A stretch of 63,923 nt of DNA, filler included, from Choristocarpus tenellus KU-1152 (Eukaryota; Protista; Phaeophyceae), in NCBI GenBank assembly GCA_964200185.2. It is 12 parts of 12 records of this genome, joined end to end, with 100 filler letters (N's around TTAATTAATTAA, not from the genome) between each part and the next. Parts side by side here need not be neighbours in the genome. Positions count along the whole stretch, not along the records: positions 1 to 4,383 come from CAXNAD020014807.1; positions 4,484 to 9,135 come from CAXNAD020013627.1; positions 9,236 to 13,651 come from CAXNAD020014658.1; 9 more parts are not named here. One strand, 5' to 3'. How positions within the stretch are numbered: the first letter of the stretch is position 1; every line of letters starts with the position of its first letter. This document shows positions 1-11,283 of the stretch, in pieces. The notes under the pieces are model-generated. The model was not told the origin of the DNA, did no database searches, and saw nothing but the letters and a program-made list of their open reading frames with translations. A program made the translations under genes and the position numbers.

Positions 1-356
1 GACTAGGGAGGTATCCCAAGAATCCAACAAACCTCTCCGTGCCCATCTCCATGGTGACTCTAGTTTAAAGCGCATGAGACGTCTAGACAATGCCACTTGC
101 GTAGTCGCCAAGACAATTTGGCGTAGTCTGGATTTAACTACTCCTTTCCTGCAATATCCTCCCGCTACTCTCCCCCTACCATGTGAGTAGCCAGCTCATC
201 CAGGAAGCATTTCGCTTGCTTGTCGAGGCGCCCAAAACTTTCCACCGCAAAAGTGTTGAGCTTATAACTACGAGGATCAAAGAAGCCCTCGTAGTGGGTG
301 CACTTTCCCGCCTCGGCTGCAGCAGCAGTTACACCATTGCTGGTGGATGAGTGGGT
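1..356 (-). mobile_element. 3' fragment of an RLE-type (CRE/NeSL/R2-like) non-LTR retrotransposon, copy 1
   Basis: Minus-strand translation ...SNGVTAAAAEA...DPRSYKLNTFAVESFGRLDKQAKCFLDELATHMVG resembles the C-terminal restriction-like endonuclease region. Closely similar to 22620-22990 and 21480-21752. Confidence 0.65.
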
Positions 357-457
357 TATCTATGTATCTGTACGTTGCTGGTGCTGGCTCTGTCATCTAC
401 TACTACTGGAGACCGTATAAAAAAATGTATACCGTACCAGTACCACCTCTCCAATAC

Positions 458-530
458 ATACAACAGCCGATTTCAAAAATTGAGGATGGAGCTTTTCGTT
501 GAGGATGAGCTTGACCCAAAATTGACTGGG
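458..530 (+). repeat. Dispersed repeat shared with 47733-47804
   Basis: AACAGCCGATTTCAAAAATTGAGGATGGAGCTTTTC...GACCCAAAATTGACTGGG occurs nearly identically in two contigs. Confidence 0.8.
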
Positions 531-1414
531 ATAAAGTGTCGATATGTTTTTTGTATTGTAATTAAAACTTACATCGAATTTGCATCGAATTTGCATCGAA
601 TTTGATATCACCAGCCCTAGCTCTTGGGGTCTCTCTTATGCACGTACCATATAACGCCAAGTAATTCTGGTCCTTGCAAGTATATGGACTCTATTCAGCT
701 GTTTGTCTCCGTCCTATTTGTTTGAATTTTGAGTCCTATTAATATACACAATGAAAAGTCTCTACACAACCTACACCTCGTTACCAGTCAGTATTGATTA
801 TCTTCCTTGCAGTCGCCCGTGCACTCGTGCATGCTTCTTACCGATAAGGGTTCCTCCTACATACCTACCAAGTGAAACCAAGTAATTCCTGTCTTTGCGT
901 CCCTCCCATAAGTCTGTGCCGTTAATCTATACCTCTTTGAGATGACCTCCGATTACAAAACAGATTTTTGCGTTGGATTCCATGGAATATTCTTCGGCAA
1001 CTGAAAAATTGAAAAAGTTTGAAAATAATCCCATTCTGAAATGATTCCGAAAGAATGGAACACATAACTGGGAATGTTTGCCTCATTTTTTAATGGTCCT
1101 GCTGTAGCGCAGCCCTCTGCATCAATACCAAGGGGACACAGAGCCTGACTACTTGCATATAGCACGCATACAACCTCCATGGTGAGCCCCCAGAACTGGT
1201 CATCGCCGGCACGAAGCCCACCAGTCGGCTCATGGAAAGAACTGCGAGCTGACCGAGGAAGGTCAGACCGCACTTGCTCTACATTACGTAAAGGCTCTTC
1301 ATCCGAGGCTTGAGAAGCTCCTGAGGGGCATGGGGGCTAAATTGACTGAAGAGTTTGGAGTGGAAGAGAGATGCCCTAGACTGTTGTGGGCGCGCGTGAA
1401 AGAACAGCTAGAAA

Positions 1415-2310
1415 GTGGGAAAACCTTCTCTCTGGAATCGCAAGCCACGGTCTGACCAGCTGTCGGACTTTACGCCAACGAAACAAACGAGGATTCGGGA
1501 AATCAATGCCCGTAATCGCCTAATGACTCTCGACCAACTTTCCACTAAGCTCGCCAAAGCGGGCCTCACAGTCGACAGCCCAAAGCTTCAGCGCTGGTTC
1601 TGTGTCATGGGAGTAACTAGAGTTCAGCAGCACATCACCCCTAGCCTTTACTTTTCTCACAAGAAGGATCGGGTGGACTCCATCCTTGACCAGATCTCCC
1701 ACAACTGCAAACGTACAGGATTGGCCTCAACACGATTCTTATCGGCAAGCCATGGACGGTCCTACCTCAACCGTGATGGAGAGAAGGTGTGCATGTTCCC
1801 TGAAGAGAAAAAGGTGGAATCGACAAAGGTGCAGCACAAGAGGCACATTCCCAAAGTGATGTTCATCACCACCGTTTCGCGCTCGGATTCTTCCCGTGAT
1901 TTCGACGGCAAGATCGTGATCTCGCGGGTTTACGTTACGAAGGAGGTGCAAAGGACTACAGAACAGTGCACAAAGGGCAAGGAGTATGAGACCAACGTCA
2001 CCATTGACACTGAGTGGGTCTTCTCAGTGATGAATGCCCTGGCGGCATCCACCTCCAACAGCAAAGTGTCCAAACAGTTGGTGGTGCAAGGAGCGGAGCA
2101 CGGAGCAGCTGTTGCCAGCGATCAAGGAAACATTGCTGTGGCTGGAATCAAGGGGGGGGTTGTACAGCAGGACAGCGCAACCCCGCATACAGGCAAGGGC
2201 ATGGTGGAGAAGCTGAATGCCACAGTGATGAAGGATGCACGGGAAATTAAGCTCGTGACGTAGCCAGTGTAGTCGCTGGATCTCAACATCATCGATTTGG
2301 GGGGGTTGCA
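1415..2310 (+). mobile_element. Degenerate Tc1/mariner transposase, plant-type DD39D-like
   Basis: Motifs KVQHKRHIPKVMFITTVSR...FDGKI, VVQQDSATPH and, after a stop at 2261-2263, a degenerate SLDLNIIDLG (cf. NSPDLNVLDLG). Confidence 0.8.
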
Positions 2311-3076
2311 TCACATACGTATGGTACAAAACCAATTAAATTCGTCCTTTACAAACCCACCTAACCTACTGAGCTAGAGCTCTTTTTACTCTTTCCAAGT
2401 TGTTTCAAATTTGAGTTCTACCATATATTATTATACATGTCTACAACCAACACCTTACGGTCCTACTTCACCTCATTACTCTACTGGCTCCTGTTCTCGC
2501 GCGTGGGCGTACCCACAACAAGCTTGCACAAACTTCTTTCAAAAATTTGAAAATCCTAAAAAGTATCGAAAACCTTACTTCCACCTACTCTAAAGAGCCG
2601 CCTTTTTGTCTCTAATGTACGTACAGTGTACAATCAACTAATTCCTGAGCCTCCATCTGCCTTTCTGTATGTGCCAGGATTGGCTCTATAGATTTGTTTT
2701 TTTGGTGTAGTTCGCATGTAGGTCATATTTTGACGCAATGCCTTGACTTGAGCTCAATAAATAACAAGCTCCCTCACACATGAAGTCACAAGGAGCCGCA
2801 ACACACTCGCTCCTTCCCTCGATGGTCCGACTGACCCAACCTCTGAAGGGTTCAGCCCTTTCCAGAGGAGCTTGTTTTAATTATCTCTTTATTATCATTA
2901 ACATCATTATTATTATCATTGTAATTATTTTAATGATCATTATTGTCGTCGTTACAGTAGTTCAAGGGATAGCTGCATGCCTATTACTTCTCCAGAGTGC
3001 CCTGAAACATTTCTGGGTATCTCTTACGAATTAGTTCTGTTTGGTGTATGAACGGAACATTGTGGTTCTGTGTATG

Positions 3077-3257
3077 GACTCAAAGTATCTAGGGAGGGGT
3101 AGTGGCTGTCAATTCGGGGCCCATTTTTCAATGTCGCGATTTTGGGGTGTTTGTGTTGCAAGCGTCGGATGGATAATGTTTGTGCATTTATCCTGGTGGT
3201 CAGGGCCAGAATGTACACCCTGGTGTAGTCCCCCCCCTCCCTCAAATACTTTAGATC
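3077..3257. mobile_element. MITE family B (~175 bp)
   Basis: Termini GACTCAAAGTATCT...AAATACTTTAGATC. Reverse-complement homolog of 55415-55590 and 59507-59681. Confidence 0.75.
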
Positions 3258-3261
3258 ACGT

Positions 3262-3566
3262 TGTGAGAACCATCTTCCAAATAAGGAATATCTTGAAGGT
3301 AACCTATCTTGAAGAATCTGATATTCATATGACATTTGTTCTTGCATGTTAAAGGTAACATCTGCTTGAAGTAAATAGCAGGTGGTTTGAGGGGACCTTG
3401 CAGACCCCCCTCATTCACTTTGCACTTGTTCACTCTTTTCCTGAGTGATGTTCTTAGGGATTGCTTTCCCTCTTGTCTTGTCTCTCTCCTTTTCCTTGCC
3501 TCCTGTGAGTCTTCCCACTCCCCTTCAGTACGAAGAACCTGTCAGCTTGTTTCCATCTGTTTCACA
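3262..3566 (-). mobile_element. Solo-LTR-like repeat (~300 bp, TG...CA)
   Basis: TGTGA...TCACA termini. Reverse-complement homolog of 20892-21191 and 48997-49309. Confidence 0.7.
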
Positions 3567-4383
3567 GTGGCAAAAACAGCAATCGTTCTGGAGTGGAAGA
3601 GTATTTTTACAGTACTTTTGGGGAAACTCTGAGTAGAGTGTCCGTACTTTGAGTACTACACTCATTCTATAACCATATGCCACATCATTCTGATTGGCAT
3701 ACAGTTCTATCGCGAAACGACACTACACGTTCTACACAACTGAGAATCCTTTTCAGAGTGTCATGGTGGAAGAATTTAAAGAGAACAAACCTGATTAACA
3801 CCTGCTACCAGCCTTTCACGACAAACATTTACTATTGTTTGATGAGGTTATTCTAGAAGATGGCAGGAACCTTCTTCTCCACAAATCATTTGGAATATAT
3901 GTCGACACAATTTTCCAGGTGGTTGATCAACGTATTGTTCAGCAATTAATGTCGGCAGATAATCACCCACTTAGTCAAACCCCCTTACCACTAACACCTC
4001 CAGTTACCCAGACTGTATATGTTCCCTCAACATCTTTACAGATGTCCTTAGTAATGCCACTAGAGCTGCCGTCCACTCCACTAGTGACATCGTCGACATC
4101 TGTCACAATATCTCTTTTTCTATATACAACTAATACTACCACTGTGCCATAAGTTTGTGCCACGAAACATATGGGCTCTCCGAGCGAGAACGGCGCCGAA
4201 TCGGATGATAACCCCACAGAATGAAATCAGGTTGATAATCTCAGCTTTCAGATAAGGTGGTGGTCAAGGATCATCAGGTACAAACTCGAGGGGCTTCAAG
4301 CCATCAAAGTAGGGGTCTTTTGGGGTGATTTGGAGGCCAGAAGTGGGCACGTCAAGGGTCACAGAACGTCGGCATCGCAACCC

Positions 4384-4483
4384 NNNNNNNNNNNNNNNNN
4401 NNNNNNNNNNNNNNNNNNNNNNNNNNNTTAATTAATTAANNNNNNNNNNNNNNNNNNNNNNNNNNNNNNNNNNNNNNNNNNNN
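4384..4483. other. Artificial contig linker (N-run + TTAATTAATTAA + N-run). Also at 9136-9235, 13652-13751, 23082-23181, 27665-27764, 36921-37020, 42344-42443, 47805-47904, 50661-50760, 53822-53921, 58430-58529
   Basis: Same 100-nt design 11 times; the core gives stops in all six frames. Confidence 0.98.
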
Positions 4484-4489
4484 GATCTG

Positions 4490-4702
4490 TGTCTGTAGAG
4501 TGATTGATTAAATTTAGGTGGGGCATGCAAGGCCCCATAAAATCAGAAATATTTTCTTTTATATGAGAAAAATTATCATTAAACTAATCACTAGTAAAAG
4601 GTTCTGATATGTCAACCACTAATTGATTGTTCCATTACTCCATACATATTTTACCGTAACTGTCTGATAGAGTTGGGAAGAGTCTAATCGAACAAGGGGC
4701 AG
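4490..4702. repeat. Dispersed repeat, reverse complement of 47907-48110; the family also includes 37021-37088
   Basis: TTAAATTTAGGTGGGGCATGCAAGGCCCCATAAAATC...GAGTTGGGAAGAGTCTAATCGAAC matches the contig-9 start inverted. Confidence 0.8.
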
Positions 4703-4797
4703 GTGACAACTTGGAGCTCTTGGGCGTCACATTTTCCTGTGAGTGGCTTAAACAGTATCAAGCCGAGGCTTGACCACGTACAGTTTTGGGGGTCACC

Positions 4798-5111
4798 AAT
4801 CTTGATTTTTTTTAGGTTGCCTAACAAATTAATCGATGATCAGCATATCAAATGAAAGCTCTGAATCTAGGCTATCGATTGACGAAAAGTAATTCTTTCG
4901 GAAAAATATGTTTAGTCATGATAATTAATTCCGAAACAATTTCAAGGTTTTTCCGAATAATTCGATTAAAATTTAACATTAGTATACCAAAATAATTTTC
5001 CCGAAGAATGTTTTTGCGGAAATTGATCGCTTAGATCAAGAGCTTTCACTGGATATGTTGATCATCGATTAACTCCTTTGTTTGGGTAACCTTTAAAAAA
5101 AGATCAAGATC
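4798..5111. repeat. Foldback inverted repeat (~115-bp imperfect arms)
   Basis: TTAATCGATGATCAGCATATC...TGAAAGCTC versus GAGCTTTCA...GATATGTTGATCATCGATTAA. Confidence 0.7.
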
Positions 5112-5182
5112 GGTCTGATCGTAGAGACGGCTGCAAACACTTTAGTCATTGTTGTACTGTAGGTCTTCAAAATGATCTCCAA

Positions 5183-5420
5183 TTAGAAAAACGGACTTCT
5201 ACGTTGGATTCCTTGGAATATTTCATAAAAAACAAAATTTCAAAGTATTCTACAAATAATTCTGTTCTAAACTTTTCCCAAAGAATGGAACACAGAATGG
5301 TTAGAAAAACCGGCTTCTGCGTTGCATTCCTTGGAATATCTTACATTAAACAACTAAATTTCAATGTATTACAAAGAATTCTGTTCTTAAATGGTTCCGA
5401 AATAATGGAACACAGAATAT
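5183..5420. repeat. Two-copy ~118-bp tandem repeat; related unit at ~955-1070
   Basis: TAGAAAAAC..CTTCT.CGTTG.ATTCCTTGGAATAT...AATGGAACACAGAAT occurs twice. Confidence 0.7.
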
Positions 5421-5570
5421 GGCATATTCTTACTCCTTTTTGTCCCATAACTGCCTTATTATAGTTTTTGTCAACAGCTTTTTCAAATATGAGATTGACA
5501 AACTAGAAATAGTATCGTTTGGTAGTCAACAATTTTGGGTTGCGTATAGGTATCTTCAATATGTGTTTTC

Positions 5571-6063
5571 ATTTCGAAATTGTTGAGAAACCGCCCCTTC
5601 AACACAACTTTTTTTTTCGGAAATGGCATAATTACCAAAAAAAGCCAAACCAACCAAAAATGACTGGAAATATAATTAATGGGACGTCTCAACGAGTCCT
5701 CCAATGAAGACGAGGTAGTTGCGTTGGTTTGCTTGGCGTTTGCGATAAATTAATTTCTCGTCATTCTCATTTCTCCTGAGGGCGTTCTGAATCGCTTGAT
5801 CCCCATTGACACAGACAAATACAACTCGACACAACTTGGTGGATGAGGGAGAAAATGAGACTGACGAATAATCACTTTAATGGAAAAACGCCAAGGAATC
5901 CAACTCAACTAACTGCGTCTTCATCGGATGTCTCGTTGAGCCGTTACGGTCGATTAACCATCATTTCCAGTCATTTTTGGGCGGTTTGCTGTTTTTGCAA
6001 AATCTGCTATTTCAAAATTTGAATGTTTGTGTTCAGAGACCAGTTTCTCAACCATTTCGAAAT
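5571..6063. repeat. Foldback/MITE-like inverted repeat (~210-bp arms, 5571-5777 and 5848-6063)
   Basis: TTTCGAAAT.GTTGAGAAAC...CAAAAATGACTGGAAAT...ATGAAGACG versus CGTCTTCAT...ATTTCCAGTCATTTTTG...GTTTCTCAAC.ATTTCGAAA. Confidence 0.75.
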
Positions 6064-6970
6064 CTTAACGGCCCAGATCTATGGGACAGAGAGAGTACAT
6101 AGTATGTTCAAGAACATATGATACATATATTGCATGTTTCGAACTTTTTACTTATTAGACATGCATGTGTGGACTTGGCAAAAACTGGGATCCGACCCGG
6201 TCCTTTCACCGTATACCTTACCCAAGCTGACCCGCAGTTCAGTCCTACCAAATTTGCTGTGGCCCTGGTCCGGTCCTTATATTTTTTTATTCCTAAGTCC
6301 ATGCATGACCCAGCCCTGTGGCAACTACCTGGTCTGGTTCAAAGCTCTGGGAATATGCATGTAAGATAAGTGTAGAGGTCTCTCAACGTGATAGAAGCCC
6401 TTATTGCTTTGAGGTGTTGTTGAACTGTGAAAGGTGTGCGCGCACAAGAAGAGGCACAATCTGTATGATAGTTTGGTGACTCTATCTGGCTTACAGTGCA
6501 ATTGGCATATAGACATTGAAGTAAGTCAGAAGAACAGGTTTTCTGTTTAACAGTTTCACTTGTGTAGTTAATGGGTAGAGGTCAACAGAGATATGTGCCA
6601 AGATGCTAGATTTGTGGCAATGTATGTTTGGGGTAGGATTGCAAGGTTGAGGATGGGATTATCATGTACTGTACTTGAAAGGACAAATACATGTATGCAC
6701 CTACAAAGGTGTCGAAACTCCTCTTTTTGAGGTGGTTGTCTTGTGCACTGATACAGTGAATGCAGGAGAACTCTTTCGAGCTTGATGATCTGGCGCTGAT
6801 GCCCTCTGGCTGACATGTGAGCTGTTTGCAACCCTCCAGGGAAGTAGGTTGGCAAACCTGATATGGTGTACAGATATGTAGGTAGAAAGGTTGGCTTGCA
6901 TAATCAGCACCTTAGACTGTGCTATTGGCTTTTCCACCGATAGAATAGCCTGTGCACTGCTCCCCTGCAG

Positions 6971-7096
6971 GGCAACTATGAGCAGGCTGACCCGTTGTAC
7001 CAGCGGTCTCTTGCAATCAGGGAAAAGGTTCTGGGGCCAGAGCACCTAGATGTGGCATTTTCTCTTGACAACAGGGCAGGGTTGTTGAAGGCACAG
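6971..7096 (+). CDS. TPR exon 1 (42 aa, kinesin-light-chain-type TPR) of a TPR-array gene
   Basis: CTGCAG|...CAG|GTGAGA, 126 nt, phase 0-0: [42 protein letters not shown]. Confidence 0.9.
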
Positions 7097-7617
7097 GTGA
7101 GAAAACAACTATCCAGTAATGTTCTTGTAGCTGTTTGTTGTTGAGGTTCAGCAAGCTTGCTTTTTGTGTAACTTCCACATCATGTCGGATGTAGCTCTGT
7201 ATAGGGTAGACTCGCATGGGATTTCCATGTGGGATGTGTTTAGAGGTATCTGTAGGTGATGGAATCCAAACCCCATCTCTTTGAGGAATCATTAAGTCGC
7301 ACCGAAAGTGTGCGCACTTAATAACCAGCACAATTTAGTAAAAAAAACAGTGAGTTGTCTAGTTTATGACACATAATTGTGTAGGTAGAAAGTTAAACAT
7401 ATTTGCCGTACATAGTAATGTATTCATTCTTTAAGACCTGGCGCCAATGCTGTCTGACTGAAGTGTGGACTGCATACACGCCTCTACGTAAGGAGTTCAA
7501 ATCTGATACAGTGCGTAAACATGCAGGCGGAGAGGTGAGTTGTCATTTTCAACATGTCAGACCATGCTTTGTTGGATATTCCACTGAAAGACAGCCCTAT
7601 GCACGGTTCCACTGCAG

Positions 7618-7743
7618 GGCTACTTTATGCAGGCAGATCCGCTGTACCAGCGGTCTCTTGCAATTAGGGAAAAACTATTGGGGACAGAGCACCAACATGT
7701 GGCTTCCTGTCTCGATAACAGGGCGGAGTTGTTGAAGGCCCAG
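7618..7743 (+). CDS. TPR exon 2 (42 aa)
   Basis: CTGCAG|...CAG|GTGAGA, 126 nt, phase 0-0: [42 protein letters not shown]. Confidence 0.9.
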
Positions 7744-8381
7744 GTGAGAAAGGAAAGTACCCAGGAAGGTTCTTTCGGCCTTGTTGAGGTTCCATCAAGC
7801 TTAGACTTTAATCATTCCCCATGTAGCATAGGACGTAGGGGGGATTGTATGGGGTTGGGTGGGGTAAGGTAGGGTAGGATGGAATTTGCCGGTGAATTGT
7901 GCGTATTTGTCTTTCAAGGTGAGAAAAATCCTTCTCTTTGAAGTATCATTGACTCGTGCCAAACATATGAGCACAGAAGAGTTGATTCAATCTAACAGAT
8001 TGTGTGCATACTATCAAATTCACAGTGATTTCAAGCGCCTGTAGGAGGAAAGGCAGAAAGGTACAAGGTATTCAATTATTTAGTTAACATGTAAGAAGTC
8101 AACGACATAATATCTGCTAAGACATCAAATCTATAGCTATGAATTTGAGGGAAAGGAAATGCCAGGGGAAGGATGGGATTACCATCTACTCCTGAGTGCT
8201 ATACATGGAAGGAGATATACATTTAAACACCCACCAATGTGTTTCTTGTGCTTACGCCCACTAGCTAGTGTGGGAGCTACATGTACACCTGTTCGTAGTT
8301 AGAGGGGTAAACCTGACATGTTGGACTCTGCGCTGTTGAATATTTCACTGACAGACTACCCCATGCACTGTTGACCTTCAG

Positions 8382-8507
8382 GGAAACTACGAGCAGGCTG
8401 ACCTGTTGTACCAGCGGTCTCTTGCTATCACGGAAAAGGTTCTGGGGCCAGATCACCCAGATGTAGCATTTTCTCTCGACAACTGGGCAGGGTTGTTAAA
8501 GGCCCAG
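8382..8507 (+). CDS. TPR exon 3 (42 aa)
   Basis: CTTCAG|...CAG|GTGAGA, 126 nt, phase 0-0: [42 protein letters not shown]. Confidence 0.9.
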
Positions 8508-9235
8508 GTGAGAAAGCAACTATCCAGTGATGTTCTTGTGACTATTAGTGAGAATAAATCAAAATTTCACTCCGTGTATGTCCTATGTCTTGTAGGATGT
8601 AGGAAGGTTTGCAAGGGTAAGGAACGATGAGATTTCCGTGTGGATTGGATGTTGAGCTCTCACAAGTTGATGATTCCCCCACCCTTTTGTGGAACCGTTG
8701 AGTTGCACTAGATGTGTGTGCACAGAAGAATCGACAGAATCCACAAGTGTGTGCTGATGCTGTCTAGCTTACAGTGCATGATTATGCAGGTATAGAGGGA
8801 AAATGTGTTTGCCATATCTTACATTACATTCACTTGGATAATAAATATGCAAGAATTCAACAACAATACAGTGGTATATGCTAAGATGTTAGACTTGTAG
8901 GTATGTATGTGGGGGGTAGGAATGCCAGGGTAAGGATGGGATATCATGTAATGTAACTTGAAGGGAGGATACATTCAAACCCACACCAAGGTGTTGGAAA
9001 ATCCTCTTTTCAAGTTAGTTTTCTTGTTCCATGATATTGACAGTGCAAGAGGACATGTGCATGCCTGATGACGTAGCGTTAATGCCCTCTGGCCGGTGTG
9101 TGAGCTGTATGTACAGGCTCAAAATATCTGGGAGGNNNNNNNNNNNNNNNNNNNNNNNNNNNNNNNNNNNNNNNNNNNNTTAATTAATTAANNNNNNNNN
9201 NNNNNNNNNNNNNNNNNNNNNNNNNNNNNNNNNNN

Positions 9236-10998
9236 CATCGCGGCCAACATTGAAATTCAAATCAATCTTGCCATACCCCACAATGGGTAGTGATGTGCCG
9301 TCAGCCACGGTCATGTTGTGGCCTTGTGGACATGTGGTGAAATCATACATGTACTTAGAATCTTTCGTTACACTATTGGAAGCACCCGAATCAAAACACC
9401 ACGTTTCGAAAGCATCCAATCTCTCACCTTGCCATTATCAGCCACAGTGGCTAACGTGGTCTTAAACTTCCTTGAGAGTGAAAGTATCTTAGAGGGTACT
9501 GGTTTTGCCCTGTTTGTCCATTTTGGTGCTTGGCTTCCCACGATTCTTTTCATGACATTTTCCTACTCCAAAATGTTTCGGAGTAGGGAAATGTATGAGT
9601 TATGAAAAGGTTGTTCCGGAATAAGGATATTGACACTTCCTAACAAGCACGATAGCCAAAATTACACCAAATCGCAACAATGGATTTTGGTTCGCAAATG
9701 GACGCGGCTATACCCTCTAAGATACTTTGGCTCTGAGTCCCTAGCTGGTTCATCTGGTTCATCTGGTTCAGCTAGTATTCCCGCCGATTTTAGCGGATGT
9801 GCCTTCCTCTGTGGGCACACAGCTCGCAGGTGGTCAAATCTTCCCGAAGCTGTAACACGGTCCTCCAAACGTACAGGAACCGAAATGTCTAACCAATCCA
9901 CACTTATCACATTTCTCTCGGGCCTTGGTTAGCCCCCTGGAACGGGATTCTGTCGTTCCAGGGTCCATACTATGACCAGGCGTACCCCAGCTGCCACCTC
10001 GGCCAGCCTTTTTAACGGTCCTTGCAGCCAGAGCGCTCCCAGGCTCTCCACGATCTCCTACCTCCCGTTGGATGGAGAAGTAGCAAGACCGAGCAGCTCG
10101 TTGTATTGTAGCCCTCGATCGCTCACTTGTATGATGATGTTGAAGATAATGTTTGATAATCTGGTAATCATCATCCAAACAATCTAACATGGTGATCTCG
10201 AGCACCTGCTCAGACATCACATGCCCCATGATCGCCATCTGGCCAACCCAGTCCAACATCTTTGTAAACGTGATTTGGGGATCTGAACCCCGTGCCATCT
10301 TGACTGTCATCACCTTCTTTTGAAGCCGAGCTGTCTCCTCGTCTGAATGGATTAGGAAATGGTCTCTCAGTTGTTGCGAAGCTCCTGAAGGTGAGGCTGC
10401 ATTGCGATCAATGCACCTGTAAATCCCGCTGATGCTCCTTAGCAAGACGTCATACGCCTTCTTGGCTTTGGTGATCTCTTCTTCATCCAAATCTTCCTTC
10501 TTGATGAAATCAATATCACCCACCCTGATGGGTTCCTCTCTGTATGCCTCGTCAATATTCCCTTCGCGCCCCAAAATGCCCGGGTTGTAGCAAACCGATC
10601 GGCATAGTTGTCATCTGTAAGCTGAAGGAGTTTATTGTGAAACCCATCAGTAGCCATGAGTGATACAGTACCCTCAAACCAAACCAGTCCGGCTGCGCCT
10701 CCCCTAGCTAGAGTTTGGATTAGGGCGCTTAAGCATGCTGAGAGACTTGGCGCATGTAAGGCTCGTCGCCAAAAGCTAGTAGTTGAGTTACATGGTAAAA
10801 CATACACTGAATATTAATTATCCACTGGGCCTTTGTCTTAGCCATCAATTATCTCTGATATATGACCAAAGACTGACCCATCATACCGCTATGCACGTTA
10901 CTACATTGTATTGTACTGAACTAATGATAAACGTGAAACCTATGTTATATACTTGTATTAGCACAGATAACGTAAGGACAAAACTAGTTTATTCGACA
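9236..10998 (-). mobile_element. Ty1/Copia element A: degenerate gag and protease, possible LTR ~10782-10998
   Basis: Gag-like ORF 10574-9834 with a degenerate Zn knuckle (CDKCGLVRH); protease WCFDSGASNSVT...VADGTSLPIVGYG at ~9405-9236. Interrupted by a MITE. Confidence 0.8.
9476..9733. mobile_element. MITE family A (~258 bp), full copy inserted in Copia A
   Basis: TIRs GAGTGAAAGTATCTTAGAGGGTA / TACCCTCTAAGATACTTTGGCTC, flanked by TGA on both sides. Confidence 0.85.
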
Positions 10999-11283
10999 TG
11001 CGTGCGGTCTGATAATGTGGAGAAATTTTATGAGGGTGCTTTTGGTGCTCTTCGCCGTGATCATGGGATAAAACAGGAGTTTACACCTGCAGACAGCCTT
11101 CAATTTAATGGGGTTGCTGAACGCATGCTGGATATTATTGATTAAGCTTCATTAGCTGCCTGCCTTCAAGCTCCACTCCTGTTCCCCCATGTTACTATCC
11201 CCGAGACAGACTCTCTGTGGGCTGAAGCTCAACACTATGTCTGTTACTCACTCAATTGCACATCGACTACAGCTAACCCTAGT
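10999..11283 (+). mobile_element. Copia integrase-core fragment from a different, oppositely oriented element
   Basis: CVRSDNVEKF...HGIKQEFTPADSLQFNGVAERM...LWAEA...NCTSTTANP. Confidence 0.8.

Noticed and set aside
1080-1273. hAT-like transposase fragment (DDQFWGLTMEVVCVL)
   Set aside because: Too short and degenerate to support.
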